A stretch of 64,000 nt of DNA from an uncultured virus (IMG/VR IMGVR_UViG_3300042289_000700) (IMGVR_UViG_3300042289_000700), one strand, 5' to 3'; shown: positions 9,331-18,779, numbered from the stretch's first letter. Notes: generated by a model from the letters alone, not told the origin. Numbers and translations are program-made.

Positions 9331-9701
9331 CGGGTTACCTCTGGTGAAATGATAACATTGCCTTGCAGGATTCGGGTTGTGACGGACCCGTCGTATAGCT
9401 CAAGGTCATATACGGCCTTGTCACAGACCGAGAGTTGCGCCGTGTCAGCAGCCGAAATAAATAGTCGAATAGCCCCATTTTGAGATCCATAGTTAAGAGT
9501 GATCCTACCATTGCCAACTGCCGTGGACAACTCAAGAATTAGTGCTTTGGATTCGGGCTTTGAGCGGATGTGCATCTTGGCCGTAAATCCCGCAAGATTA
9601 ACAGGTGTTGACGGCTCTCCCGTTTCATAAAACAGAGTCTGGTCAAAGGTTGCCCCCTGAAAGATACAAATATCGGCAATAGCAATCGGTAGTTCGGCCA
9701 T
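9327..9701 (-). CDS. Small beta-rich fibre adaptor-like protein
   Basis: ICIFQGATF...PVNLAGFTAKMHIR...VYDLELY; paralog of 6412-6780. Confidence 0.7.
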   Translation of the reverse strand: MAELPIAIADICIFQGATFDQTLFYETGEPSTPVNLAGFTAKMHIRSKPESKALILELSTAVGNGRITLNYGSQNGAIRLFISAADTAQLSVCDKAVYDLELYDGSVTTRILQGNVIISPEVTR

Positions 9702-9722
9702 AGAAAAAATCCAGCGTAGAGT

Positions 9723-11564
9723 CTACCATTGCCTTCGCAAAGTCAAGGCTTGTTTGAGTTTCTTGAAGGTCTCTTTGTTGACTCGTTTCTTTTCTTCTAT
9801 TGCCTCCGATCCCGCCATGGCCCCGAATACTTTGCGGGCGACGAACAGTCCCACGGCGAACGAGTCGAATAAGTCGGGGGACTTTCCGATCCGCCTTTTC
9901 ATGTCGGTCTTGGATTCGATGATAATCTTCCGCGTCCTACGGGCATACTTCCTTTGGGTCATCTCCCACGCCAGATCGGGGGCGATTCCCTTGAGTTGCT
10001 CGCATTCCAAGAAGTAGCGGGCGGCGAAACATAGTTCACTAGCCATGTTGTGGAAGAGTTCCTTGCCGACTTGGGGTTTTCCAGTCACTTCGTTTCTCAT
10101 GGCATATTGAGCCGATACAGGAAGATCTGAGGCCGCTCCAGCAAAACTCACCGCATGCCAGCCCTTGAGAAGCTCCCTCTCTCCGATAGACCAAAAGATA
10201 CCACCAGCCGAGGCGTCTACCCCTATCCATTGGTTCGGGATTCCCAACTTGATAGATAGGTCGCTAATCTGTTGGATCATTTCGTATTGGAAATCTTCTT
10301 GAGACCCCGCCCTTCGGTTGAGGACATATTGTTTCTCTACGGCTATCGCCCATTTTCCTGAGATTAGCCTACCATATTTAAGATGGGTAAAGACAAAGCG
10401 GTCACCGCCTTCTGTGTAGCTAGGATCAACTCCTGCTATATCTTTCGGGGTTCCGTCCCAGATGGGTTTATCCAGAGCCCCATGGCGAGCCAGAAGTATA
10501 TCCGAGACAATCGTGGAATCATCGGCGTCTGCGGGTGGCCAGAAGCCCCTGAACTTGCGCCAGAACTGGGGATTGAGTTCTCCCAGTTCCTTTTTAGCCA
10601 AAGCTACATCATTTGGTTTTGGTAGAAACGGGTAGCGAAGTCCCTTCCCCTGTTCAAAAGCCTGTTGGTTGGGGTTGTCCTTTTCGGAGTCAAAACGGAT
10701 GCATATCCCCTCAATACCAGCCACCCGTATTTTCCAATTCGGGGTATCCTCATCCACACTCATCCATCCCTTGATAGGTTCGCAGAATTTTCCGTGGGGG
10801 TCGAATATGGATGCGGGGTTGCCTGCTCCCACCACATAGAGTTCTTGTGCGCCCTTAAATCCCCAGATTGCTTCGTTAATCACAGAAGCCGAACAGTCCT
10901 GTAACTCGTCTATAATCAACACAATACGACGATTCTTCTTACCCTGAAGTCGTTTTTGGGCGTCATCTTTGTATTCGTCACCAGCCGCCAAAAGCATGAT
11001 GGAGGAGGCATCGCTCACCCCTGTTAGGGGATCGATAATGGCTCCCTCTTCTTCGGATAGCTTGATGATATCCATGGATTCGATGAGTCGGCCTGATGCG
11101 ATTCCGAGGTTTCGGGCTTCGCGATACATCTTGACCAGTGCCGCCCAGATACGCTGCTTGGCGTCGATCTTGCTTGTAGAGACCACAATGCACATCGTAT
11201 TGATCGGGTCGCAGAACCAGTTGACCAATGCAAACGCCGCCATGCCGTAGGACTTTCCTGAGTCGGTGCCCCCAGCCAGCCCCGTGACGCTACGCATAAA
11301 CTTGTTGCCAGAGGCCTCGTCTTCTTCGTGGACTGAAGCGCAGAAGGCTTGGGCGGCTAACTCCGCCCATTTATGCCACTGGAAGGTGGGCCAGATGGCT
11401 GAGACGATATTTCGGTAGTGGCGGGCTTTGCCGAGCCCCCCCTCTTCAGGTGTTAACCCCATAAGAAAAGCATCCATTTCGATACGCAGAGGTGTAATCG
11501 CCTGCCCATCCTTGGATAGCCATAACCGCCCGTATTTTTCTATCCCCTGATCTTCTGTTGCCAT
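9723..11564 (-). CDS. terL: Terminase large subunit
   Basis: Walker A GGTDSGKS, Walker B LIIDE, GNP motif, nuclease motifs GVDP and SPDLFDS; likely start 11564. Confidence 0.85.
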   Translation of the reverse strand: MATEDQGIEKYGRLWLSKDGQAITPLRIEMDAFLMGLTPEEGGLGKARHYRNIVSAIWPTFQWHKWAELAAQAFCASVHEEDEASGNKFMRSVTGLAGGTDSGKSYGMAAFALVNWFCDPINTMCIVVSTSKIDAKQRIWAALVKMYREARNLGIASGRLIESMDIIKLSEEEGAIIDPLTGVSDASSIMLLAAGDEYKDDAQKRLQGKKNRRIVLIIDELQDCSASVINEAIWGFKGAQELYVVGAGNPASIFDPHGKFCEPIKGWMSVDEDTPNWKIRVAGIEGICIRFDSEKDNPNQQAFEQGKGLRYPFLPKPNDVALAKKELGELNPQFWRKFRGFWPPADADDSTIVSDILLARHGALDKPIWDGTPKDIAGVDPSYTEGGDRFVFTHLKYGRLISGKWAIAVEKQYVLNRRAGSQEDFQYEMIQQISDLSIKLGIPNQWIGVDASAGGIFWSIGERELLKGWHAVSFAGAASDLPVSAQYAMRNEVTGKPQVGKELFHNMASELCFAARYFLECEQLKGIAPDLAWEMTQRKYARRTRKIIIESKTDMKRRIGKSPDLFDSFAVGLFVARKVFGAMAGSEAIEEKKRVNKETFKKLKQALTLRRQW

Positions 11565-11592
11565 CTGAGAAATTTCTACTAAACTAATCGGG

Positions 11593-12360
11593 ATGGCTGG
11601 ACAGCGCAAGAACAAGATCGACTGGGACTTACCAGAAAACCGAATCAAAAAACAAAATGCCTTCCGACTTTATGTCGCGGGCCGAGGGACCAAGGCAATT
11701 ATGACCGAGCTTGGTTTTACCTCCCCTCCCCAGCTATCGAAGTTTGTCCATAGCGAGAAGTGGGAAAAGCATGCCGAAATCTGGCGGTCTAGCCCCGAAC
11801 AAGAAAACCTCTATCCTTGGGAGGTGGAGCGCCCCAATCAACTGGTTCCCGCTCCGCCAAAGATGGAGGAGATGGAAAAAGAAAAGCGGATGCAATGCAT
11901 CAAGGCATTTTCGCTATTCTGCTCTGGGCGCAACGTTCCTGATATTGCTTCGGAAATCGGGGTTAGCGTGTCCACAATCAATCTTTGGAAGGAAACTCAA
12001 CGCTGGGTGGCATGCCGAGAAAGGCTGGCCAACGACCAAAACCCCGCACCTTGGGAGGATTCTGATGTTCCCACCCTGCTCTCCGATATCACGGCCTCCA
12101 TTGAGACCATGAAGAAATCTATTAAGTTTTTGACTGGTAAAGTGTTGGTTAAGGCTGCCGATGCCGCGCAAGACCTAGATGGCATGGAGGCTCTGGGCAT
12201 GATGCGAAATATCAAGCAACTGGCCGAAGCCGCATCTATCAACTTTAGCGAAGGCAACAACCAGCAAAACGCGGTTCAGATCAATATCGCCACCAAACTG
12301 GAATCGTTGAAGATCCCAGACAACAACACCTACGAGGCCGAATTGGTAGTCAATGAGTAG
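11593..12360 (+). CDS. Tandem-HTH DNA-binding protein, possible terminase small subunit
   Basis: Two similar HTH units (AFRLYVAG...ELG; AFSLFCSG...IASEIGVSVSTINLW); VQINI tail; adjacent to terL; TTGCCA-16-TAAACT at 11558-11585. Confidence 0.55.
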   Translation: MAGQRKNKIDWDLPENRIKKQNAFRLYVAGRGTKAIMTELGFTSPPQLSKFVHSEKWEKHAEIWRSSPEQENLYPWEVERPNQLVPAPPKMEEMEKEKRMQCIKAFSLFCSGRNVPDIASEIGVSVSTINLWKETQRWVACRERLANDQNPAPWEDSDVPTLLSDITASIETMKKSIKFLTGKVLVKAADAAQDLDGMEALGMMRNIKQLAEAASINFSEGNNQQNAVQINIATKLESLKIPDNNTYEAELVVNE

Positions 12361-12946
12361 TCTTAGATTCTGTTATCCCCGCAAAACTGACGTTCCTCCA
12401 CAGGGCTGGTGGATTAAGTGCCCCGTGACGGGAGAGGCTATCCATGGTGGGGACTTTGGGGACATGGTTAAGAACTGCGAGAAGAAGATTTTGGAGCGGG
12501 GTTTGGTGCCTCCCACCGATCTCATTTCCCAAATAGAGAATGCCCTTTGTGAGCGTTTGGCGGGGTCTAGCAACTGTGTTCCTTGTTCTAGCGTTAAGCA
12601 GACCTTGGGCTTCGGAGAAATTGTCCGCTGGGTCAGGGCAATGTATAACTTTGCCACCCAATCTAAATTTCAATTGGTAGATCAAGAGGAGGCAGAGCGT
12701 AGAGCCAAAATCTGTGCGGCATGTCCGCATCAAATTTCCACCTCTGGATGTTGGGGGTGCAAGGGAATTGCAGGAATGCTTCCAGCCATCGCGGGAGCCC
12801 GAAAGACCAGCTATGACAACCAGCTAAAGGCTTGTGGGGTCTGTGGGTGCTTCAATGCCGTGAGTGTTCATCTGCCTCTGGATGTTCAGCAAGACGCCCA
12901 TCTCAGCTTTCCCGACCATTGCTGGAAGAAATCTCAAAGCGAGTAA
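12353..12946 (+). CDS. Cys-rich hypothetical protein
   Basis: Several CxxC motifs (CVPC, CAAC, CWGC, CGVCGC). Confidence 0.65.
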   Translation: MSSLRFCYPRKTDVPPQGWWIKCPVTGEAIHGGDFGDMVKNCEKKILERGLVPPTDLISQIENALCERLAGSSNCVPCSSVKQTLGFGEIVRWVRAMYNFATQSKFQLVDQEEAERRAKICAACPHQISTSGCWGCKGIAGMLPAIAGARKTSYDNQLKACGVCGCFNAVSVHLPLDVQQDAHLSFPDHCWKKSQSE

Positions 12947-14237
12947 TCGCCTTGTTAAAGCTCATCGGAGCAATGCCAGTAGCTCCCTCGCGGTTCTTGG
13001 CCACAATGAATTCGACTGTCGGCATTTGAGAATGGTTCTTGGCGTCCTCCTCATCACAATGGAGGATTACCACCATATCACTATCCTGTTCGATAGCACC
13101 AGACCCCTTGAGGTCTGAGAGACTTGGTCTGCCTCCGCGTTTTTCGGGATCGCGATTCAACTGGGCTAGTACCAAAACTGGTACGCGCAACGTCTTGGCC
13201 AGTTCCTTAATGCCACCACTGATCTCTTCGACTTCGTTAACGCGGTTGTCCTTGCTTCGCTTGCTGTCCCCGCGCAACAACTGGAGGTAGTCGATAATGA
13301 TCAAATCCAACGGTTCCTTCTGGTGGGCGCGGCGAGCCACGGCCTTGATGTAACCGATAGACTTACCAGAAGTGTCGTCGCAAAGAATGTGGCTATCGCG
13401 CACTTCGGCGTAGGCGTTTGATAAGCTCTCGCGCTGAAACTTCGTAATGGACTGAGCGAGAATGTCGGCTGCTCGCACGCGAGCCCGACTCCGAATCATT
13501 CTCTCCATCAGACTGACACTGGTCATCTCAAGTGAGAAAATAAGGACTCGCTTCTGGGCATCCAAGGCAACATGCTCGGCAATCTGCATAGCAGCACTGG
13601 TCTTGCCGACTGCGGGTCTGGCCGCGAGAACAATCATGTCTCCTCCTCGCATGCCGAACATTAGGAGATCGTCCACTGGTACCAAGCCTGTGCGTATGCC
13701 AATCTTGGGCTCACCGCGCATTGTGGATTCGATGTTGTCTAGGGCGCGGTCTACTACGCTCTTAATCGACAGTTTCTCGGTGTTGTCGATCAGGTAGTCA
13801 GCCCGCATAATGCTGGTCTCCGACCAGTTCTTGAGTTCTTCCAGCTTTAGCTCGCGGTCACGGGCCTTGTGGACAATATCACCGCCCAACATCTCAAGGG
13901 AACGGCGATAGCGAGCTTCCTCAAGCTGGGGGAAATAGCGCCTCCAATTGTGGGAGGACTGGCAATAGGAGGCTATGTCTGCAAGAGTCTTGTCTCCCCC
14001 AGCATCTTCTAAGGTTGCGTTGCCATCCAGATCACTCTTGATGGAGATGTAGTCGGCATGGATGGATTTACCAACCACACGAAGGAACGACTGGAATATC
14101 AGCTTATGCTCGTAGAGATGGAAGTGATCCTCTCTGAGGGTGGATAGCATCTCTCTTTGCTCATCAAGTTGTGCGTGGAGGAAACAGGAAAGAACGGCGC
14201 TTTCCGACGATTGGTCGAAGATGGATTCGTTGTTCAC
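12903..14237 (-). CDS. dnaB: Replicative DNA helicase, DnaB family
   Basis: AARPAVGKT, FSLEM, IIIDYLQL, LAQLNR, SDLKGSGAIEQDSD, AKNREG. Confidence 0.95.
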   Translation of the reverse strand: MNNESIFDQSSESAVLSCFLHAQLDEQREMLSTLREDHFHLYEHKLIFQSFLRVVGKSIHADYISIKSDLDGNATLEDAGGDKTLADIASYCQSSHNWRRYFPQLEEARYRRSLEMLGGDIVHKARDRELKLEELKNWSETSIMRADYLIDNTEKLSIKSVVDRALDNIESTMRGEPKIGIRTGLVPVDDLLMFGMRGGDMIVLAARPAVGKTSAAMQIAEHVALDAQKRVLIFSLEMTSVSLMERMIRSRARVRAADILAQSITKFQRESLSNAYAEVRDSHILCDDTSGKSIGYIKAVARRAHQKEPLDLIIIDYLQLLRGDSKRSKDNRVNEVEEISGGIKELAKTLRVPVLVLAQLNRDPEKRGGRPSLSDLKGSGAIEQDSDMVVILHCDEEDAKNHSQMPTVEFIVAKNREGATGIAPMSFNKAITRFEISSSNGRES

Positions 14238-14243
14238 GAAGGG

Positions 14244-15461
14244 TTAGACAACACCTTGGGCTTTTCGTTCAGCCTTTCTTGCGAGAATCGCCTTCATGGC
14301 CTCGCTGCGGCGTTGGCGTTCCTCTGAAGAAAGCATGCGTTTTTTCTTCTTTTTAGGCGGATCTTGTTTGATTGCCCGCATTTTTTTTTCCCTTGTGGTT
14401 ATACCTACAGCCTCGCACAAGACTTGGATGGGATATGGGGCGTAATTCGCCTCTTCTGATGTTTTGTTGCAAACCGTAGTACCTTGCAAACAAGTGTCTA
14501 CATTTTGTGTCACTTCCTGCAATGATATGTCGGGTTCCCGAACGGGTATATGAACAATCTCAATTTCGTCTCCTACAGAGACATTGGAAAAAGCCTGTTC
14601 CTGATCGGGTATACTTTCTAATCCCATGGAATTCGATGGGATATCTAATCCCGTGGAATCTGACGGCATTACAGGTTTATCTTCGGGCATTGGAAATCCC
14701 GCAATAGCCATCTTGTGGAGAGATCCGTCTTTGCATCCGTGGATAACCACAGCTTTACTGGAGATAACTCTATCGGGACAGGTGACTCCTTGAATGGCTT
14801 GGGATTCGGGGTCTTCGGCAAAGAAGACAATCTTCCCATCCTTCCATTGGTAGTTCACACTCCTCCAGTAGGTTCGCATGAGAGGGCAGTCCCGACCAAT
14901 GGCCATGAAGTTCCAGCGACAACGAACGTCCCAAGGCTCTGGAATAGATCCAGCAGAGCGGTAGGCCAAATTGTAGTTGTCGAGGCTTCGGGCCGATGGG
15001 CAGAAGTCCAAGAAATTGGGTGGATAGATGGCACTACCCACAATCATTTTGTAGATATTCTTCCCATTGGTGGCCATGCCCCCTTCGTATTGGTGGCCAA
15101 GGATGGCGGGTTCTTTGCGGAATTCGGCCTCAAGGTCATCAGCCCAGCCTTGTTTCATGGGGACACAATCGGGCTCCCAGAACATCCAAGGCTCGTTGAC
15201 GGAGTAGCATTGTGCCGCCGCATCACTGAACATCTGGTTGGGGCCAAGAGGCCAACCATTGAACCCGTCTTGGGCGATGATTCTGCCGACTTCGGGAAAG
15301 CTTTTCTTCAACTCTTCGATAATATCGAATAGTAGGGCGCTATCGTTCGTGGCACATACGGTGGCTTTATGTCGCATGTTTATGCCAAAAGAGGTGATAG
15401 CTTTAGCAGATAGCAAAGCCAACTCCGCATCTCCGTTGTGGTAGGCAAAGACAATGTTCAT
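14244..15461 (-). CDS. Glycosyltransferase-like protein with low-complexity, basic C-terminus; paralog of 39260-40045
   Basis: WPLGPN...WMFWEPDCVP...GSAIYP...IHGCKDG aligns by eye to 39260-40045. Confidence 0.5.
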   Translation of the reverse strand: MNIVFAYHNGDAELALLSAKAITSFGINMRHKATVCATNDSALLFDIIEELKKSFPEVGRIIAQDGFNGWPLGPNQMFSDAAAQCYSVNEPWMFWEPDCVPMKQGWADDLEAEFRKEPAILGHQYEGGMATNGKNIYKMIVGSAIYPPNFLDFCPSARSLDNYNLAYRSAGSIPEPWDVRCRWNFMAIGRDCPLMRTYWRSVNYQWKDGKIVFFAEDPESQAIQGVTCPDRVISSKAVVIHGCKDGSLHKMAIAGFPMPEDKPVMPSDSTGLDIPSNSMGLESIPDQEQAFSNVSVGDEIEIVHIPVREPDISLQEVTQNVDTCLQGTTVCNKTSEEANYAPYPIQVLCEAVGITTREKKMRAIKQDPPKKKKKRMLSSEERQRRSEAMKAILARKAERKAQGVV

Positions 15462-15646
15462 GTCTTCTCCTCGTCATCGAAATGGAGTGGCCAAGTCGGA
15501 TGGGTGGGGTCTTCCATGCGGACGCGGACGTTCTTGTAGCCCTTGACTATAAGGGCATTGGCCACATGCTTGGCTTCGTCTTTGGACAGGTTGTGGTTGT
15601 GGAGTTCCACCACTTTCTCTCCATAGCACACTAAAAACTTATTCAT
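15458..15646 (-). CDS. Hypothetical protein
   Basis: ORF coupled to neighbours by ATGA overlaps. Confidence 0.6.
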   Translation of the reverse strand: MNKFLVCYGEKVVELHNHNLSKDEAKHVANALIVKGYKNVRVRMEDPTHPTWPLHFDDEEKT

Positions 15647-15882
15647 TTGTTTTTCCTTTTCTTTGCTTCTGCTTGGTTGATGTATTTGGTAAACTGTTCA
15701 GCGCATGTAGTGGCCATGTCGATTTCGGTGGCGGGGTCGAACCAGTAGCCATTACGTTCAGCGAACAACGCTTCCATTGGCATGGGGGTTCCTCGACGGA
15801 ATCGTGGGCCAACCACGAATGGGGAGACGGAGTCTTCATTGATGACGGTTAATACTACTTTGAATCGGGCCATGGACTCCAA
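15643..15882 (-). CDS. Hypothetical protein
   Basis: Coupled ORF in the same operon. Confidence 0.6.
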   Translation of the reverse strand: MESMARFKVVLTVINEDSVSPFVVGPRFRRGTPMPMEALFAERNGYWFDPATEIDMATTCAEQFTKYINQAEAKKRKNK

Positions 15883-16043
15883 TACTTAATCACACGCTCA
15901 AGTATATGTCCAATACCACTCCATCCATGGTGAGGATGGTAGTGACAGGCCCACCTCAATGGAGGGTTTGACTCGTCGTTTTTAATAAGGTAGATTCCCT
16001 CAGTATCGGGCTTTGTATTGTTGTAATCGTTCCAAGTGATCAT
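15855..16043 (-). CDS. Hypothetical protein
   Basis: Likely start MITWNDY; ends VIKYWSPWP, typical of small phage proteins. Confidence 0.55.
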   Translation of the reverse strand: MITWNDYNNTKPDTEGIYLIKNDESNPPLRWACHYHPHHGWSGIGHILERVIKYWSPWPDSK

Positions 16044-16050
16044 AGTAGGT

Positions 16051-16425
16051 ATGACAAGAAAAACTCCACTTCGTTCAAAAACTCCACTCAAAAGGTCGAA
16101 TGGCCTCAAACGCAGCGGAAGGTTGCGGTACGCATCCCCCAAGCGCCAGCGTGAATACAAGGAGTATGCAAAAGTGAAGAAAGCCTACTTGGCACTTCAT
16201 CCCGTCTGCGAGAAATGCAAGAAGACGAAGAGTCAGGACATCCATCATAAGGCTGGCAGGGTTGGTCGCTATCTTTGCGACTACAGTCTTTTTGCCGCGC
16301 TTTGTCGAGCTTGCCACGATTTTATTCATGCCAATGGCCGAGAATCCCGCAAGCAAGGCTGGATCATTGATACAATTCATGTTCCTCAAGATCCCGACCA
16401 AAGTCAGGCTCATACTCCCGAATAA
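16051..16425 (+). CDS. HNH endonuclease
   Basis: CEKC...DIHH...LCRACHDFIH. Confidence 0.8.
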   Translation: MTRKTPLRSKTPLKRSNGLKRSGRLRYASPKRQREYKEYAKVKKAYLALHPVCEKCKKTKSQDIHHKAGRVGRYLCDYSLFAALCRACHDFIHANGRESRKQGWIIDTIHVPQDPDQSQAHTPE

Positions 16426-16748
16426 GCGGATTCCAGACCCTTCCCTTCGGGGCTGTCCAGTTGCGGAAAGCGTCCACGGCATTAACCCAGCTTGTCTCCA
16501 GCGGAGCGTTCCACTCTTCCTCTGGGGGGAAGTTCCACGGGTAAGGCCGTGGATAAGAAACACAACCGATATTGATAAGTAGTGCGATTACTATCCCTGT
16601 TCTTTGAAGTCGTAAAACCATAGTTCCTCCTCGCTTTCACTAACCCATCTGCTGCCTGTATGCTCGCAGCTAAATTCTTGGCTAAATACCTTCCAGTCAG
16701 GTTTCTGAGGGAATTGCTTGGCAATAAACGATCCTCCGTCCACCCACA
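16302..16748. repeat. Diverged direct repeat, copy A
   Basis: Homologous to 17810-18286: HNH 3' end, lipoprotein gene and 3' end of the 18129-18779 gene. Confidence 0.9.
16364..16621 (-). CDS. Small putative lipoprotein, copy A
   Basis: Hydrophobic stretch plus INIG/C; SYPRPYPWNFPPEEEWNAPLETSW. Confidence 0.6.
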   Translation of the reverse strand: MVLRLQRTGIVIALLINIGCVSYPRPYPWNFPPEEEWNAPLETSWVNAVDAFRNWTAPKGRVWNPLIREYEPDFGRDLEEHELYQ

Positions 16749-16787
16749 CGCTTGCGCGATGGCGATGTTGATTTCTGCGCTGGTCAT
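16591..16787 (-). pseudogene. Chimeric remnant: MTSAEINIAIAQACGW start joined out of frame to a copy of the 18129-18779 3' end
   Basis: GSFIAKQFPQKPDWKVFSQEFSCEHTGSRWVSESEEELWFYDFKEQG lacks its own start. Confidence 0.7.
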
Positions 16788-17386
16788 TTCGCCTCCTTTT
16801 GGATGTCTGCCAGAGCCTTGCGAGCTATCTGCAGTCCCGTCCAATTTATGCTGTCTCTGTCCTCGGTGACTCTACGGCTGATGGATTCAGCCCAAAAAAC
16901 ACACATCTGCAACGCCTCCTTGTAAGCATCCCTCTCCCTCCGCAACACACACATGGGGCGACTGCAGGAGTCCCCGCAACTGTGGATCGTGGAGGCTTGG
17001 AGGTCGTCGATAAGCCTGTTTCGCTCCCGCTTTAGTTCACAAACTTGTTTGTGTTTAATTCTGGCGTTTTCACACGCATCTTTCCATTTGCTATGCCAAT
17101 AATCCTGTGCAGCTTGGATCTCGCAAAGTCGTGTTTCGGTCTCTTTGCGAGAACGCTCCCGCTGATCGATGGCTTCGTTGGCGAAATCCAACTCGATCTG
17201 CAGTTCCTCGACCTTGCGCTGCAGGGTGTTAATTTCCTCTCTGACGAGGCATTTGTCTGACCTGTAGACGAGTTGTTCTGGTTCGTCTGCGTAGCCGTAG
17301 CTCCCGCAGGTAAACCAAATACGCGCTGTGGTTCCGTCCAGTTCTGGTGATTCTTGCGGCGAACCGCATTTCGGGCAGGTGTTCAT
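16784..17386 (-). CDS. Hypothetical protein with Zn-ribbon and coiled coil
   Basis: CPKCG start; heptad-rich middle. Confidence 0.7.
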   Translation of the reverse strand: MNTCPKCGSPQESPELDGTTARIWFTCGSYGYADEPEQLVYRSDKCLVREEINTLQRKVEELQIELDFANEAIDQRERSRKETETRLCEIQAAQDYWHSKWKDACENARIKHKQVCELKRERNRLIDDLQASTIHSCGDSCSRPMCVLRRERDAYKEALQMCVFWAESISRRVTEDRDSINWTGLQIARKALADIQKEAK

Positions 17387-17583
17387 CAGTATCTCCTTTG
17401 CAGGGTCTTGGTTGTTTGCGTGGTGATGTTGTAGAGCACCACGGTTCTGGAGTGTCTGGGGAGCAGCGCGTTAAACGCTTCGTTGGCTTCAGCTTCGATG
17501 TCGAATAGCTGCTCATGGGGCTTTCCACCTTTGGTGTATGTGATCAGCCATTCTTCTGTTGTTGTTACGGTTTGGGTTTTCAT
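17386..17583 (-). CDS. Hypothetical protein
   Basis: MKTQ start, coupled to the next gene. Confidence 0.65.
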   Translation of the reverse strand: MKTQTVTTTEEWLITYTKGGKPHEQLFDIEAEANEAFNALLPRHSRTVVLYNITTQTTKTLQRRY

Positions 17584-17664
17584 TGATGTATTTTATTTGA
17601 TTTTCTTTAGAACCTTTCTGTAGTTGTTCACGCCTTCGGGGATGGTGGTGCTTGCTTTTCGGCG

Positions 17665-17818
17665 TCAGAAGTCATAGCGGTAATTCTGCTTCTCGTCCGT
17701 TTGGTAAACGACTTCATGCAGCAAGAGCTTCGGCAACTGCTGAGTATTGATCACGAACGACGAGTCAACAAACGTCAGGTGGTTGTTTGGCTGGATGGTC
17801 ATGCGCCCGTTGTCGAGC
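17665..17818 (-). pseudogene. Orphan 3' fragment of a distant homolog of 18129-18779
   Basis: LDNGRMTIQPNNHLTFVDSSF vs EDGQFFIQPNNRVLWMDGGSF. Confidence 0.55.
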
Positions 17819-18286
17819 CTGCCATGACTTTATCCACCAGAATGGCAGAGAAGCCCGCAAGCAGGGCTGGATTATTGATACAGTTCATGTTCCTCAGTAT
17901 CTGGCGGAAGAGCCTTCAGAAGTTCAATCTCCGAGCCAAAGTCAGGCTCATACTCACGAATAAGCGGATTCCACACTTTATTGCGCGGGGCTGTCAGATT
18001 TCGCCAGTTATCAACAAGATTAAGCCAGCTAGTCTCTAGCGGGGCGTTCCATTCCTCCTCTGGGGGGAAATTCCAAGGATAGGGTCGCGGATAAGAAGCG
18101 CAACCACTTGCAATAAGTAGTGCTAATCCTATCCCTGCTCTTTGAAATCGTAAAACCATAGTTCCTCCTCGCTTTCACTGACCCAGCGGCTTCCTGTGGA
18201 CTCACAGCTAAACTCCTGACTAAACACTTTCCAGTCGGGCTTTTTGTCAAACTTCTTGGCAATAAACGATCCCCCATCCATCCACA
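17810..18286. repeat. Diverged direct repeat, copy B (30 bp longer)
   Basis: Homologous to 16302-16748; includes HNH C-terminal remnant CRACHDFIHQNGREARKQGWIID. Confidence 0.9.
17872..18159 (-). CDS. Small putative lipoprotein, copy B
   Basis: Lipobox LIASG/C; paralog of 16364-16621. Confidence 0.65.
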   Translation of the reverse strand: MVLRFQRAGIGLALLIASGCASYPRPYPWNFPPEEEWNAPLETSWLNLVDNWRNLTAPRNKVWNPLIREYEPDFGSEIELLKALPPDTEEHELYQ

Positions 18287-18779
18287 ATACTCGGTTGTTG
18301 GGCTGAATAAAAAACTGACCATCCTCTCCTGCAAACACATGACCACACTTGTGGCCTGCTGCCGCCTCCCCATAGCCACTTTGATACTGGGGGCCTAAAC
18401 ACCAATCTAGGGTAAACATATACTGGGCTTTATGGAGGGTGCGGTCTTTGAGCATGATATTAGCCGCCCGATTCTTGCAGTAGTCAATGATACCAGCAGA
18501 ACAGTAGTAGCTCATGCTATCCCAGAGTTGTATCCAGTCCAAGGGATAGTTGGTTCCCCCAACCTCTTCGGTATGGAGGTAGTGAATCGGAACCCTTGCA
18601 TGCTGGCTTCCGTACTCGGTCATCACGCTGAATAGTCCGCAACGCTGGGGAATAGAAGTGAAGTTGAACACCTCTACAACAATGCGTTCGTTGTCCACGT
18701 TGGGTTTGATGTCGTAGAGAAACCCCGTGTCCAAAAAGGCAAAGAAAACGGGGATATTGACGTTGAGATAGTTACTCAT
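18129..18779 (-). CDS. Phage hypothetical protein
   Basis: Likely start MSNYLNVNIP; QLWD, HKCGH and QPNNR motifs. Confidence 0.75.
   Translation of the reverse strand: MSNYLNVNIPVFFAFLDTGFLYDIKPNVDNERIVVEVFNFTSIPQRCGLFSVMTEYGSQHARVPIHYLHTEEVGGTNYPLDWIQLWDSMSYYCSAGIIDYCKNRAANIMLKDRTLHKAQYMFTLDWCLGPQYQSGYGEAAAGHKCGHVFAGEDGQFFIQPNNRVLWMDGGSFIAKKFDKKPDWKVFSQEFSCESTGSRWVSESEEELWFYDFKEQG

Noticed and set aside
16302..18286. Diversity-generating retroelement TR/VR pair
   Set aside because: Differences are not adenine-restricted, include a 30-bp indel and span three genes; no reverse transcriptase in the window
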